DNA from: Vicinamibacterales bacterium
GTDB lineage: Bacteria > Acidobacteriota > Vicinamibacteria > Vicinamibacterales > UBA8438
Assembly: GCA_964291605.2 (NCBI GenBank)
Contig: OZ219745.1
Span: 5,001,934-5,065,933 of the forward strand
Direction of reading: 5' to 3'
DNA: 64,000 nucleotides
Position numbers and translations under genes: made by a program. The notes below the pieces were generated by a model. That model did no database searches, was not told the origin of the DNA, and worked only from the letters and a program-made list of their open reading frames with translations. Numbering within the stretch: the first letter of the stretch is position 1; each line of letters starts with the position of its first letter. This document shows, in pieces, positions 22,001-30,690 of the stretch.

Positions 22001-22116
22001 GCCGTGGTCGCGGTTGCGGCGGTCAACGCCGCGATGACAAGTCCGGAAGCGATAACTGTCGTCCGCATGGATCGGGCATGGGTAGCGAGGGTGGAGGGGA
22101 TCGGTCGGGTGCGCAC
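19030..22116 (-). CDS. CBM9-like/DUF5916 outer-membrane-type protein with an extra N-terminal TolB_N/FlgO-like domain and a Pro/Ala linker
   Basis: The core is collinear with the 22253 paralog (DGVLDEPVYE...WNPVWDV...WGIQLRR...ends NRLFRF). The N-terminal ~130 aa read VLVVPFVNLAGDPADDWIGLGIAEA...GDLIRVTARLVDLADGAVL...DIFELQDQVA, followed by a ~120-aa A/P-rich spacer. An alternative start is at 22068. Confidence 0.75.
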   Translation of the reverse strand: MRTRPIPSTLATHARSMRTTVIASGLVIAALTAATATTAQPQPAATAAPAGDDTVVLVVPFVNLAGDPADDWIGLGIAEAVAIDLQMGGARVVRSAAGSGRPGADGGLQAGRRAGADRVVNGAYQRLGDLIRVTARLVDLADGAVLQSAAVTGRVTDIFELQDQVAAGLRAGSGPVATAAAAGRGPAPAMSPRAGDAAPVAETVAGAPAGRRGPFGRPAPAPRADAPPARPAVPATPSETNAGVAGGGAAMPAAGAGDPGTAGLPFAATGGLFVDPGIIDGPPAPEPPAVMTRDADGRTTVRAIRLDRGIRLDGVLDEPVYETVPAITDFIQQVPDIGAPATERTEAWILFDETNVYVSARVWDSAPESQWVANEMRRDTSQLRQNDTFTAFFDTFYDRRNGFNFYTNPLGARADQQFTNEGNPNADWNPVWDVRTGRFAGGWTVEMEIPFKTLRYRSEPPHVWGIQLRRAIRRKNEWVYLTRLPISAGGGSGSAGIFRVSAAGSLVGLEPPPASRNLEVKPYAIGGLTTDLTASPQLVDEGSGAGGLDVKYGITQNLTADFTYNTDFAQVEVDERQVNLTRFPLFFPEKREFFLEGRGIFGFARGGVTGRFGGPGGGPVGGIFGDVNVPQLFYSRKIGLEQGRVVPIVGGARVTGKIGQFDVGALNIQAGDETVSRSDPTNFTVVRLRRDVLRRSSIGAMFTNRSVSRVAPGSSQAYGVDGTFAFFENLSLITYLARTRVPGPDHRGKDTSYQGAFEYAADRYGLKVDHLLVEDNFLPEVGFLRRDNFRRTYVTGRFSPRPRTIESVRQFSLEASIDYILTADENHLETRQNIVAFQTEFESSDQLTFTAIDNYELLVRPFTPPGSGFSIPVGGYSFADAMVSYSIGQQRRINGTVGVRRGAYFDGDLTSVELSQGRIAVLPQMSVEPTVSFNWIDTPYGAFQTNLAVTRVNYAFNPRMFFSGLLQYNSASNSFGSNLRLRWEYSPGSELFVVYTDDRDVTGGLRPDRGWDLRNRGFVVKFNRLFRF

Positions 22117-22164
22117 GCAGTCGAGTATGTTAGACGAATCCGCTCATGACCGCGTTTACCCGCT

Positions 22165-22252
22165 CCGCCGGGAGTCTGCGCCGTAGAACGGTGCAGACTC
22201 CTGGTCAGGCCCGGCCGGGCGGCAATCGGAGCCGCAGGCGACGATTGTCGGG
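22165..22252 (-). repeat. Stop-codon-abutting ~90-nt element, copy A (hairpin 22168..22204)
   Basis: It starts immediately after the TAG of 22253..24679. It shares CCCGAC.AATCGTCGCC...GCCGCCCG...hairpin with the copies at 48341..48430 and 25915..26000. Confidence 0.75.
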
Positions 22253-24679
22253 CTAGTTCCGAAACAGCCGGGTGAGCTTTACCACGAACCCGCGGTCGCG
22301 AAGCCCGTCGTAGCGATCCGGCCGCAACGGATCCGTATCCTGCTCCTCGGTGTAGACCACGAACAGCTCGCTGCCCGGCGAGTACTCCCACCGCAGCCGC
22401 AGGTTGGTTCCCAGCGTTCGATTGGCGGAGTTGTACTGCAGCAGGCCGCTGAAGAACATCCGGGGTGAGAACGTGTAGTTCACGCGCGCCCGCGCCAGAT
22501 CGGTGCGGAACGATCCGCCCGGCAGGTCGATCCAGTTGAACGACATGCTCGGCTCGACCGACAGCCGCGACGACAGATCGACCCGGCCCCGGCTCAGATC
22601 GACCGACGTGATCTCGCCGTCGAAGTAGCCGCCGGTCGCCACCTCCACCCGGCCGTTGAGCACCCGCTGCGGGCCGAGCGAGTACGTCAGGCGCACGTCG
22701 GAGAAACCGTAGCCGCCGACGGGTACCGCGACGTCGCCGCCCGAGGGGAAGAACGGTCTCTGCAGCAGCTCGTAGCTGTCGCTCAGGCGAACGCCGAACT
22801 GATCGCTGTTCTCGAGCTCGGTCTGGAAGGCGACCTGGTTCTGGCGCGTCTCGAGAAACCCGGTGTCGGCGGTCACAAAGTAGTCGTGGCTGGCCTCGAG
22901 CACGAACTGCCGCACCGACTCGATGGACCGCGGCCGCGGACTGAAGCGCCCGGACAGCGACGTGCGGCGGAAGTTGCGGCGTCGCAGGAAACCGACCTCC
23001 GGCCGGAAGTTGCCCTCGACGAGCAGATGGTCGGCCTCCAGGCCGTAGCGGTCGGCCCCGTAATCGAATCGCGCCTGGTAGCTCGAATCGCGGCCCGACA
23101 CGCCGGTGGTACCGGTCTTCGCGTAATACCCGAGCAGGTTGACGCTGTCGAAGAAGGAAAAGACGGCGTCGGCGCCGTAGGCCTGGTTCGACCCGTCGCC
23201 GGAGAGGGACAGCGACCGATTCGTCACGATGCCGCCGATGCTGCTCCGCCGGAGTATGTCCCGCTTGACGCGCAGCACCGTGAAGTTCGTGTCCAGGGCC
23301 CCCGAGACCGCCTCGTTGCCGGTCTGGATGTTCAGCGCCCCGACGTCGAAAGCCCCGATCTTTCCCGTCAGGCGCCCCCCGCCGAGGATCGGCACCGCCT
23401 GTCCGCCCTGCAATCCGATACGCCGGCTGTAGAACATCCTCGGCGCGTCGCCGCCGCCGAGCACGCTGCCCCGCCGCAGGCTGCGGGCAGTGCGGAAGCT
23501 GCCGCGGGCGAAGTCGAAGATGCCGCGGCCCTCGAGAAAGAACTCCCGCTTCTCGGGAAAGAACAGGTTGAAACGGGTCAGGTTCACCTGCTGCTCGTCC
23601 ACCTCGACCTGCGCGAAATCGGTGTTCCAGGTGAAGTCCGCGGTCAGGTTCTGGGTAATTCCGTACTTCAGGTCCGCCCCGACCTTCCCGCCGCCCTCGA
23701 ACCGCCTCTCGGGCCCGGAGCCCGGGTCGGCGGCGGCCACCGCGGCCGGGGTCAAGCCGCCGATGGCGTACGGCTTGACCTCCAGGTTAACGCCGGCCGG
23801 CGGCGCTTCGAGCCCGACCAGTGTGCCGGCCGCCGACACCCGGAAGACGCCGCCCCGCCCGCCGAACCCGGCGGCCGAGATCGGGATCAGGGTCAGGTAG
23901 GCCCACTCGTTCTTGCGCATCACCGTGCGCCGGAGCTGGATCCCCCACACCTGGTCGCGCGCCGGCCGGTAGCGCAGCGACTTGAAGGGGACGACCATCT
24001 CGATGGTCCAGCCGCCGTCGAACCGGTCCGTCTTGACGTCCCACACCGGGTTCCAGTCGCGGTTGGGATTGCCCTCGTTCGTCAGCGCCTGATCGACGAA
24101 CCCACCCAACGGGTTCGCGTAGAACAGCAGCGCGTTGCGGCGGTCGTAGAACGTGTCGATCAGGAAACCGAACAGGTCGTTGTTCAACATGTTGAACGCG
24201 TCGCGGCGCATCTCGGTGGCCACCCATGCGCTGGGCGGCGCGCTGTCCCAGCAGCGCCCTGCGACGTAGAAGTTCTCGTCGTCGAACATCACCCACGCGT
24301 CGGTCCGCTCGGTAGCCAGCGCACCTTCGTCCGGAAGCTGCTGGATGAAACCGGAAACCGGCGCGACGGAGTCGTAGACCGGCTCGTCGAGGCGGCCGTC
24401 GACGTCGATGCCGGCGAGGAGGCGGATGGCGCGCATCGTCGCCTGCCCCCCGTCCCGCGTGATCACGTCGGGCGCCACGGGTGCGGGAGGTCCGTCGATG
24501 ACGATGTCGGTCTCGAATCGCGTGCCGTCGGGGACGGGCGCCGGCGTGCCGGCGGCGATCTGCGCCCGCGGCGACGGCTGCCCGGCGGACTGCGCCGCTG
24601 CCGGCGCGGCACACGACACGAGGAACGCCAGCATGGCGCCGGTAGCGATTGGCCTCATGAACGGTGTGGATCCTCGCAC
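22253..24679 (-). CDS. CBM9-like/DUF5916 domain protein
   Basis: Signal peptide. DGRLDEPVYDSV...GFIQQLPDEG...WNPVWDVKTDRF...WGIQLRRTV. C-terminal beta-rich region ending TRLFRN. Paralog of the downstream gene. Confidence 0.8.
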   Translation of the reverse strand: MRGSTPFMRPIATGAMLAFLVSCAAPAAAQSAGQPSPRAQIAAGTPAPVPDGTRFETDIVIDGPPAPVAPDVITRDGGQATMRAIRLLAGIDVDGRLDEPVYDSVAPVSGFIQQLPDEGALATERTDAWVMFDDENFYVAGRCWDSAPPSAWVATEMRRDAFNMLNNDLFGFLIDTFYDRRNALLFYANPLGGFVDQALTNEGNPNRDWNPVWDVKTDRFDGGWTIEMVVPFKSLRYRPARDQVWGIQLRRTVMRKNEWAYLTLIPISAAGFGGRGGVFRVSAAGTLVGLEAPPAGVNLEVKPYAIGGLTPAAVAAADPGSGPERRFEGGGKVGADLKYGITQNLTADFTWNTDFAQVEVDEQQVNLTRFNLFFPEKREFFLEGRGIFDFARGSFRTARSLRRGSVLGGGDAPRMFYSRRIGLQGGQAVPILGGGRLTGKIGAFDVGALNIQTGNEAVSGALDTNFTVLRVKRDILRRSSIGGIVTNRSLSLSGDGSNQAYGADAVFSFFDSVNLLGYYAKTGTTGVSGRDSSYQARFDYGADRYGLEADHLLVEGNFRPEVGFLRRRNFRRTSLSGRFSPRPRSIESVRQFVLEASHDYFVTADTGFLETRQNQVAFQTELENSDQFGVRLSDSYELLQRPFFPSGGDVAVPVGGYGFSDVRLTYSLGPQRVLNGRVEVATGGYFDGEITSVDLSRGRVDLSSRLSVEPSMSFNWIDLPGGSFRTDLARARVNYTFSPRMFFSGLLQYNSANRTLGTNLRLRWEYSPGSELFVVYTEEQDTDPLRPDRYDGLRDRGFVVKLTRLFRN

Positions 24680-24766
24680 ATTCGGAGCGGCCGCACGTCT
24701 TGACGCCCCCCGCCCCCGGTTGTAGGCTCGCCTTCAACTGCAAAGAGAGCCCTGAGGAGGCAACCC

Positions 24767-25816
24767 ATGAAGGTGTCCGCACGACTCGTTCCACTCTTCT
24801 TCGTGGTCCTGGCCATCGTCACCGCCGGGGCCGCCACCATGCAGGACAAGGCCGGTCAGACCGCCTCGATGGCGGAGGCGGCGCAGGCGTTCCTCGACTC
24901 GCTGACGCCGGAGCAGCGCTCGGCCGCGATGTTCCCGTTCAACAGCGACGACAGGTTCGACTGGCACTACATCCCCCGCGAGCGCAAGGGCGTTTCGCTG
25001 AAAGCGATGAGCGGGCCGCAGAAGAAGGCCGCGCTGGCTCTCGTGGAAGCCAGCCTGAGCGCCGAGGGCTACGACAAGTCCGAACGGATCCGCCAGCTCG
25101 AGCAGATCCTGTTCGACCGCGAGGGCCGCGCCATCCGGGACACCGAGCTGTACTTCTTCATGATCTTCGGTGACCCGTCCGCGGACGGGTCCTGGGGCTG
25201 GCGCTACGAGGGGCACCACATCTCGGGGAACTGGACCGTCCTCGACGGGATGCTCGCCTCCAGCACGCCGCAGTTCTTCGGCACCAACCCGGCGTACGTT
25301 CGCGAGGGCAGCCGCGCCGGCGAGCGGGTTCTGGTGCTGGAGGACATCCTGCCCCGCAGCCTGCTTGCCTCGATGTCCGACGCCCACCGCAGGGCCGCAA
25401 TCGTCTCCGACGAGGCCCCGAGCGACATCCTGACCACCTCCGACCGGGAGGCCGGGATACAGGAGAACTCCGGCGTCGCCTTCGGCGATCTGAGCCGCGG
25501 CCAGCAGGACATCCTCTGGGCGCTGATCGAGGAGTACGCCGAGGCGCAGCCGGCGGCGATCGCGGCCGAGCGTCTTGCCAAGGTGAAAGAGGCTGGACTC
25601 GACGGCATCCGGTTCGCCTGGATGGGGAGCCTCGAGGAGCGCGAGGGGCATTACTACCGCGTGCAGGGCCCGACGTTCCTGATCGAGTACAACAACGTGC
25701 AGAACACGGCGAACCACGTCCACAGCGTGTGGCGCGACTTCGACGGCGACTTCGGCCGGGACGTCCTCGCCGCCCACTACCGCCAGTACGTGCACGACAG
25801 CGCCAGCGCGAACTGA
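24767..25816 (+). CDS. DUF3500 domain-containing secreted protein
   Basis: FLDSLTPEQRSAAMFPFNSDDRFDWHYIPRERKG...YFFMIFGDPS...WGWRYEGHH...HSVWRD pattern. Confidence 0.8.
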   Translation: MKVSARLVPLFFVVLAIVTAGAATMQDKAGQTASMAEAAQAFLDSLTPEQRSAAMFPFNSDDRFDWHYIPRERKGVSLKAMSGPQKKAALALVEASLSAEGYDKSERIRQLEQILFDREGRAIRDTELYFFMIFGDPSADGSWGWRYEGHHISGNWTVLDGMLASSTPQFFGTNPAYVREGSRAGERVLVLEDILPRSLLASMSDAHRRAAIVSDEAPSDILTTSDREAGIQENSGVAFGDLSRGQQDILWALIEEYAEAQPAAIAAERLAKVKEAGLDGIRFAWMGSLEEREGHYYRVQGPTFLIEYNNVQNTANHVHSVWRDFDGDFGRDVLAAHYRQYVHDSASAN

Positions 25817-25873
25817 TTGGCGCCTCGACGGCGTGCCCGCAGGTGCGGGAATCAAGCGCCTCGCAGACAAATC

Positions 25874-25905
25874 GAGAGCCGGGCGGGACTCCCCGTCCGG
25901 CTCTC
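25874..25905 (+). terminator. Hairpin downstream of the DUF3500 gene
   Basis: gagagccgg-N14-ccggctctc forms a 9-bp stem, followed by cgttcgttc. Confidence 0.35.
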
Positions 25906-25914
25906 CGTTCGTTC

Positions 25915-26000
25915 GGCCGGGAGTCCGCGCCGCAATAGGGGGACAGACTCCCAGCCCGGGTTGGTCGGGCGGAAAGCGGAACGAGGCGACGATTTCCGGA
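25915..26000 (-). repeat. Stop-codon-abutting ~90-nt element, copy C (diverged; hairpin arms 25919..25925 and 25946..25952)
   Basis: It starts right after the TAG of 26001..27311. The minus strand reads TAGTCCGGAAATCGTCGCC...TTCCGCCCGAC...GGGAGTC...GACTCCCGG. Confidence 0.6.
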
Positions 26001-27311
26001 CTACGACGGCGAGGGGCGTCCGTGCCCGCCGGCGTTCGAGCGGATTACCACGAGCGTGCGGTCGTCGCTCTGCCGCCCGGCGCCGAAGCGGTGCACGTCC
26101 TGCATCACCCGGCTGCACAGCTCCGTCGCTCCGGCGTCTCCCGCCTCGCGCAGCGTGCTGATGAACCGCGAGCTGCCGTACTCCTCTCCGTCGGGGTTGG
26201 TCTGCTCGACGATGCCGTCCGTGTACAGGCCCACGACGTCGCCCGCGGCCAACGTCGCGTGTCCTTCGAAGTAACGCGGCGACTCGAAAAGGCCGAGCGG
26301 GACTCCGCCCTCCTCCAGCAGCTCGACCTCGCCGGTCGCGCGCACGAGAACCGGTGGCACGTGCCCCGCGTTGACGTAGAGCACGCTCCTCGCCGGCACG
26401 TCGAGCACCATGTAGAAGAGCGTGACGTAGCGCCCCTCCTCGACCGACTCGTGAAAGAAGCGGTTGGCGCGGCGCATGATCGCCCGCACGGCCAGCTCGT
26501 GGCCGACCAGCGAGGCGATGGAGGCCCGAATCGCCGCGACCAGCAGGGCCGCTGCAATGCCCTTGCCCACGACGTCGGCGATCACCACGCCCCAGCGATC
26601 CTCCGGCAACGGAATGAACTCGTAGTAGTCGCCGCCGACCGCGAGCGAGGATTCGTGCGCTCCCGCGATATCGAAGCCGGCGAGCGTCGGGGTCGCCCGC
26701 GGAAGCAGATCCTCCATCACGTCCCGCGCGAGCGCGAGATCGCTGTCGAGACGACGCTTGTCGCGCACTTCCGCGATGAGGCGGGCGTTCTCGATGGTCG
26801 CGGCGACGGCCGACGCATACACCCCGACCACCGCCTCCGCCGCCGGGCCGTAGCCGGACGACCGGTCGGACCACAGATCGAGCGCGCCCCGCACGCGGCC
26901 TCGGGAGCCGATGAGGGGCACCACCAGCCGGGAGCGCGCGCGTTCGCGTCCTTCGCAGACGCCCGCCTGATCGTGCAGCGAGATGGGCTCGCCGGTAGCC
27001 AGGACCCGCCCCACCACGCCGTGCTCCTCGAACGGCGCCGCGATGTCGACGGGCATGGGATTGATGCAGCCGCGCGCGAGGCTGTGCGACACCCGCCCGC
27101 CGAGCGGATCGACCACGTAGATGCCGGCCGCGTCGTGATCGACGAGCGACACCAGGCCGTCGAGGATGCCGTTGAGGATACGTCCCGCGTCGCTGCCATC
27201 GGTCGTCAAGCGGAACGCCTCGACCATGACGCGCGCACCGGCGACGGCGTCCTCGCCGACCCTGGCCGTGGGACGGCGGGTATCGCTGACGGAATCGCCT
27301 GTATTCGGCAT
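26001..27311 (-). CDS. GAF domain-containing PP2C/SpoIIE-family protein phosphatase
   Basis: N-terminal GAF (ILNGILDGLVSLVDHDAAGIYVVD...PLIG). C-terminal PPM domain (GGDYYEFIPL...VIADVVGKG...LYTDGIVE). Confidence 0.85.
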   Translation of the reverse strand: MPNTGDSVSDTRRPTARVGEDAVAGARVMVEAFRLTTDGSDAGRILNGILDGLVSLVDHDAAGIYVVDPLGGRVSHSLARGCINPMPVDIAAPFEEHGVVGRVLATGEPISLHDQAGVCEGRERARSRLVVPLIGSRGRVRGALDLWSDRSSGYGPAAEAVVGVYASAVAATIENARLIAEVRDKRRLDSDLALARDVMEDLLPRATPTLAGFDIAGAHESSLAVGGDYYEFIPLPEDRWGVVIADVVGKGIAAALLVAAIRASIASLVGHELAVRAIMRRANRFFHESVEEGRYVTLFYMVLDVPARSVLYVNAGHVPPVLVRATGEVELLEEGGVPLGLFESPRYFEGHATLAAGDVVGLYTDGIVEQTNPDGEEYGSSRFISTLREAGDAGATELCSRVMQDVHRFGAGRQSDDRTLVVIRSNAGGHGRPSPS

Positions 27312-27483
27312 GGGCCTATTGTAAGTTGCCCGCCGGGCGCGGCAGGCAACCGCTGACGCGCGTCCGGCCCGGACGGGAAGATGGGCGGGATGCTAAAATA
27401 ACCGTTTGTGCCGAGTGCGGGGCGCCCGCTCCGTCAACTCGGTACCAGCGCGACGCGGCCGAGCGCGCTGGCAAAGGCACCGT

Positions 27484-27560
27484 GGTGAGTGTAGCTCAGT
27501 TGGTGGAGCGCCGGACTGTGGCTCCGGAGGTCGCGGGTTCAAGCCCCGTCACTCACCCCA
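27484..27560 (+). tRNA. tRNA-His: tRNA-His (GTG)
   Basis: Cloverleaf folded by hand. The extra G-1 pairs with C73. The anticodon loop is CTGTGGC. The T-loop is TTCAAGC. CCA is encoded. Confidence 0.9.
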
Positions 27561-27580
27561 CCCGCTTTCGGTCGGGAATC

Positions 27581-28885
27581 CTGCGGCGCGGTCCGTGGGC
27601 GGTCTGGCTGCTCCTCGTCGCCGTATCGCTGATCGCCTGCGGCGCGGGGGCGAGGTCGGAGCGCGAGCGTCCGGCGTCGTCGGCGCAACCGACGGCCGGG
27701 ACCGGCGGGATCAACCATCCCTCCGCCGCATCGCGCCCGCATGTCGTTCTCGTCTCGTTCGACGGCTTTCACCCCGGTTACCTCGACCGCTTCGACACGC
27801 CGCACTTCGACCGCCTCGCGGCGCGCGGCATGCGCGCGGCCGGCCTCGTCAGCGTCTTTCCGTCTCTGACCTTTCCCGCGCACTACTCCATCGCCACCGG
27901 CGTGCATCCGGAAGCGCACGGCGTCGTCGGGAACCGGTTCTTCGATCCGGCCCGCGGGGCGGAGTTCAACTACCGCCGGAGCGCCGACGCGCAGGACGGA
28001 CGCTGGTGGGGCGGCGAGCCGATCTGGGTCACCGCGGAGACCCAGGGCCTGGTCTCGGCCGCGTTCTTCTTCCCCGGCACGGAGGCCGACATCGGCGGCG
28101 TGCGGCCGAGCCACTGGCGCCCGTACGACGGCCGCGTCCCCAACCGCGAACGGATCGAGCAGGTCCTGGCCTGGCTGGCTCTGCCGGCGGCCGAACGCCC
28201 GCACCTGGTCACGCTGTATTTCTCGCTCGTCGACGGCGCCGGCCACCGGCTCGGCCCGGAGAGTCCGGACATGCGGCGGAGCGTCGAGAGCGCCGACGGG
28301 CTGCTGGGGGCGCTGATGGAGGGCATCGACGCGCTGCCCCATGCGGAGCGTGTCGCGCTGGTCGTGGTCTCCGACCATGGCATGGCCGCGCCGGACCCCG
28401 ATCGCACCTCCGTCCTCCCGGCGGTGCCGGAGCTCGCGCGCGTGCGCATCGTCGCAGCCGGCCCCTCGCTCAGCCTGCACGTCGGCGACCCGGAGCGTGC
28501 CCGCGCCCTGCGCGACCGGCTCAACGCCCGGCTGACGCACGCGCGGGCCTACCTGCGCGAGGAGCTCCCGGATCACCTGCACGCAAGCGGCAACCCGCGG
28601 CTGGGTGATCTGCTGGTGATGCCGACCGGATTGGGCATGGTGCAGCTCGCCCCCGACAACAGACCGCCGGCCGGCATGCACGGCTGGGATCCGACGCTCC
28701 CGGAGATGCACGGCATCTTCCTGGCGGCGGGGCCGGGCATCGCCGCGGGCACTACGCTGGCCACCGTGCGCGCCGTGGACGTCTACCCGCTCGTCGCCCA
28801 CCTGCTGGACCTCACGCCGCCACCCGATGTCGCGGGGGACCTGGCAGCGTTCGCGCCGGCGCTGGAATCCGAGTCAGTCCGCTGA
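27581..28885 (+). CDS. Nucleotide pyrophosphatase/phosphodiesterase (alkaline-phosphatase superfamily, NPP type), lipoprotein-like
   Basis: HVVLVSFDGFHPGYL...FPSLTFPAHYSIATGVHPEAHGVVGN...VSDHGM. The start is uncertain. No ATG, GTG or TTG lies between the tRNA and the lipobox (SLIACG), so the in-frame CTG at 27581 is given provisionally. Confidence 0.75.
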   Translation: MRRGPWAVWLLLVAVSLIACGAGARSERERPASSAQPTAGTGGINHPSAASRPHVVLVSFDGFHPGYLDRFDTPHFDRLAARGMRAAGLVSVFPSLTFPAHYSIATGVHPEAHGVVGNRFFDPARGAEFNYRRSADAQDGRWWGGEPIWVTAETQGLVSAAFFFPGTEADIGGVRPSHWRPYDGRVPNRERIEQVLAWLALPAAERPHLVTLYFSLVDGAGHRLGPESPDMRRSVESADGLLGALMEGIDALPHAERVALVVVSDHGMAAPDPDRTSVLPAVPELARVRIVAAGPSLSLHVGDPERARALRDRLNARLTHARAYLREELPDHLHASGNPRLGDLLVMPTGLGMVQLAPDNRPPAGMHGWDPTLPEMHGIFLAAGPGIAAGTTLATVRAVDVYPLVAHLLDLTPPPDVAGDLAAFAPALESESVR

Positions 28886-28930
28886 ATCGAGCTCCTCCCG
28901 ACCGGCGTCGCGCCGGGAGTCCGCGCCAGG

Positions 28931-28969
28931 AGCCCGTCGTGAAACGTCGCGTTGCACCGAGAGTGGGCG
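28931..28969 (+). repeat. Truncated copy (5' arm plus loop) of the long hairpin found at 56626..56679
   Basis: agcccgtcgtgaaacgtcgcGTTGCACCGAGagtgggcg compares with agcccgtggcgaaaccccgcGTTGCACCGAGtgcgggg. The 3' arm is absent. Confidence 0.55.
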
Positions 28970-29132
28970 CTACCCGTCCAGGCCGCGGTACCAGACAGCA
29001 GGAGGTGGGATTGCCGTGGATGAACAGGACCGGATCGCCGCTTCCCTCCTCCACGTAGTGGATGCGTGAACCCTCCACTTCCACGAACCTGGACTCGTAG
29101 GGCATGGCGACCGGTATCGGACGTTCGGACAT
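28970..29132 (-). pseudogene. 5' remnant of a haloalkane-dehalogenase-like alpha/beta hydrolase gene
   Basis: MSERPIPVAMPYESRFVEVEGSRIHYVEEGSGDPVLFIHGNPTS is the canonical N-terminus. The expected SYLWR continuation is frameshifted (..LWYRGLDG*) and the rest of the fold is missing. Confidence 0.6.
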
Positions 29133-29228
29133 GGCACCTCCACTATACTGGCGCCGCGTTGCGCCGACGCCGCGCCAACCGGCATCGAGCGCCAGCGGAC
29201 GTCTCGGACCGCAAGAAGTGGAAGACGG

Positions 29229-30092
29229 ATGACAACGCCCGTACAGTCCGTTCTCGAGCGGTCGGACAGCCTGGTCTTCCCCGGCGTCTACGACACGCTG
29301 TCGGCGAAGCTGGCCGAGCGGGCCGGCTTCGAGCTGGCGTTCGTGTCGGGGTACGCGGTCTCGGCCACATCCATCGGCGAGCCCGACGTCGGGCTACTGA
29401 CCCAGAGCGAGGTGGTCGACCGGGCGCGGCGCATCTGCGGCAGCGTCGGCATCCCGATCCTCGTCGACGCCGACACCGGCTACGGCAATCCGCTGAACGT
29501 GGTCCGCACGGTGCGCGAGCTGATCGCGGCCGGAGCGGCCGGCTGCTTCCTCGAGGACCAGGTGTGGCCGAAGCGCTGCGGCCACATGCGCGGCAAGCGG
29601 GTGATCCCGCGCGATGAATACCTGGGCAAGATCCGCGCCGCGGTGGACGCCAGGGGCGACGCCGACTTCTTTCTCGTGGCCCGCACCGACGCCATCGCCG
29701 ACGGCGGCCTGGACGAGGCGCTGGCGCGCGCGGAAGCGGCCCGGGCGGCCGGAGCCGACGCCACGTTCGTGGAAGCGCCCCGGACCCGCGAGGAGCTGAT
29801 CGAGGTCGGCCGCCGGGCGCCCAGGCCGACCGTGGCGAACATGGTCGAGCAGGGGCGGACCCCGGTGCTTCCCCGGGAAGAGCTGGCGGCGCTCGGATTC
29901 CAGCTCGTTCTCTATCCGGTGTCGGGTCTGTACGCGGCGGCAAGGGCTCTGGAAGTCGTGTACGGACGCTTGCGCGCGGAGGGCACCACCGCCGGCGCCG
30001 AGGAGCAGCTCATCGCCTTCGAGCGGTTCAACGACCTGATCGGCGTGGAGGAGAAGCACGCTCTCGCCGCACGTTACGGCGGCGATTCGTAG
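29229..30092 (+). CDS. Isocitrate lyase/PEP mutase superfamily enzyme (methylisocitrate lyase / carboxy-PEP mutase-like)
   Basis: VFPGVYDTLSAKLAERAGF...ILVDADTGYGN...GCFLEDQVWPKRCGHMRGK...VARTDA. Confidence 0.85.
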   Translation: MTTPVQSVLERSDSLVFPGVYDTLSAKLAERAGFELAFVSGYAVSATSIGEPDVGLLTQSEVVDRARRICGSVGIPILVDADTGYGNPLNVVRTVRELIAAGAAGCFLEDQVWPKRCGHMRGKRVIPRDEYLGKIRAAVDARGDADFFLVARTDAIADGGLDEALARAEAARAAGADATFVEAPRTREELIEVGRRAPRPTVANMVEQGRTPVLPREELAALGFQLVLYPVSGLYAAARALEVVYGRLRAEGTTAGAEEQLIAFERFNDLIGVEEKHALAARYGGDS

Positions 30093-30197
30093 CCCGGGCG
30101 CCTCCGACCCGGACGCCGCTTGCTTGCCGCCCCGGATGCGAAAGTGGCGCGTATCCGCTGCCGGACGATATAATGCCGCTCCCCTGGGAGGTGACGC

Positions 30198-30677
<480 letters not shown>

Positions 30678-30690
30678 CGGGAGAAAAGCC

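Noticed and set aside
19636-24703. Long plus-strand ORFs (19636..22149, 22886..24703) opposite the DUF5916 genes
   Set aside because: These are antisense GC-rich open frames without any recognisable motif. The minus-strand products are clear paralogs with signal peptides.
30093-30197. Fourth copy of the stop-abutting element after the TAG of the ICL/PEP-mutase gene (plus strand)
   Set aside because: It shares only TAGCCCG...TTGCCGCCCCGG and an unrelated 8-bp hairpin. It lacks the AATCGTCGCC core, so the similarity is too weak to claim.
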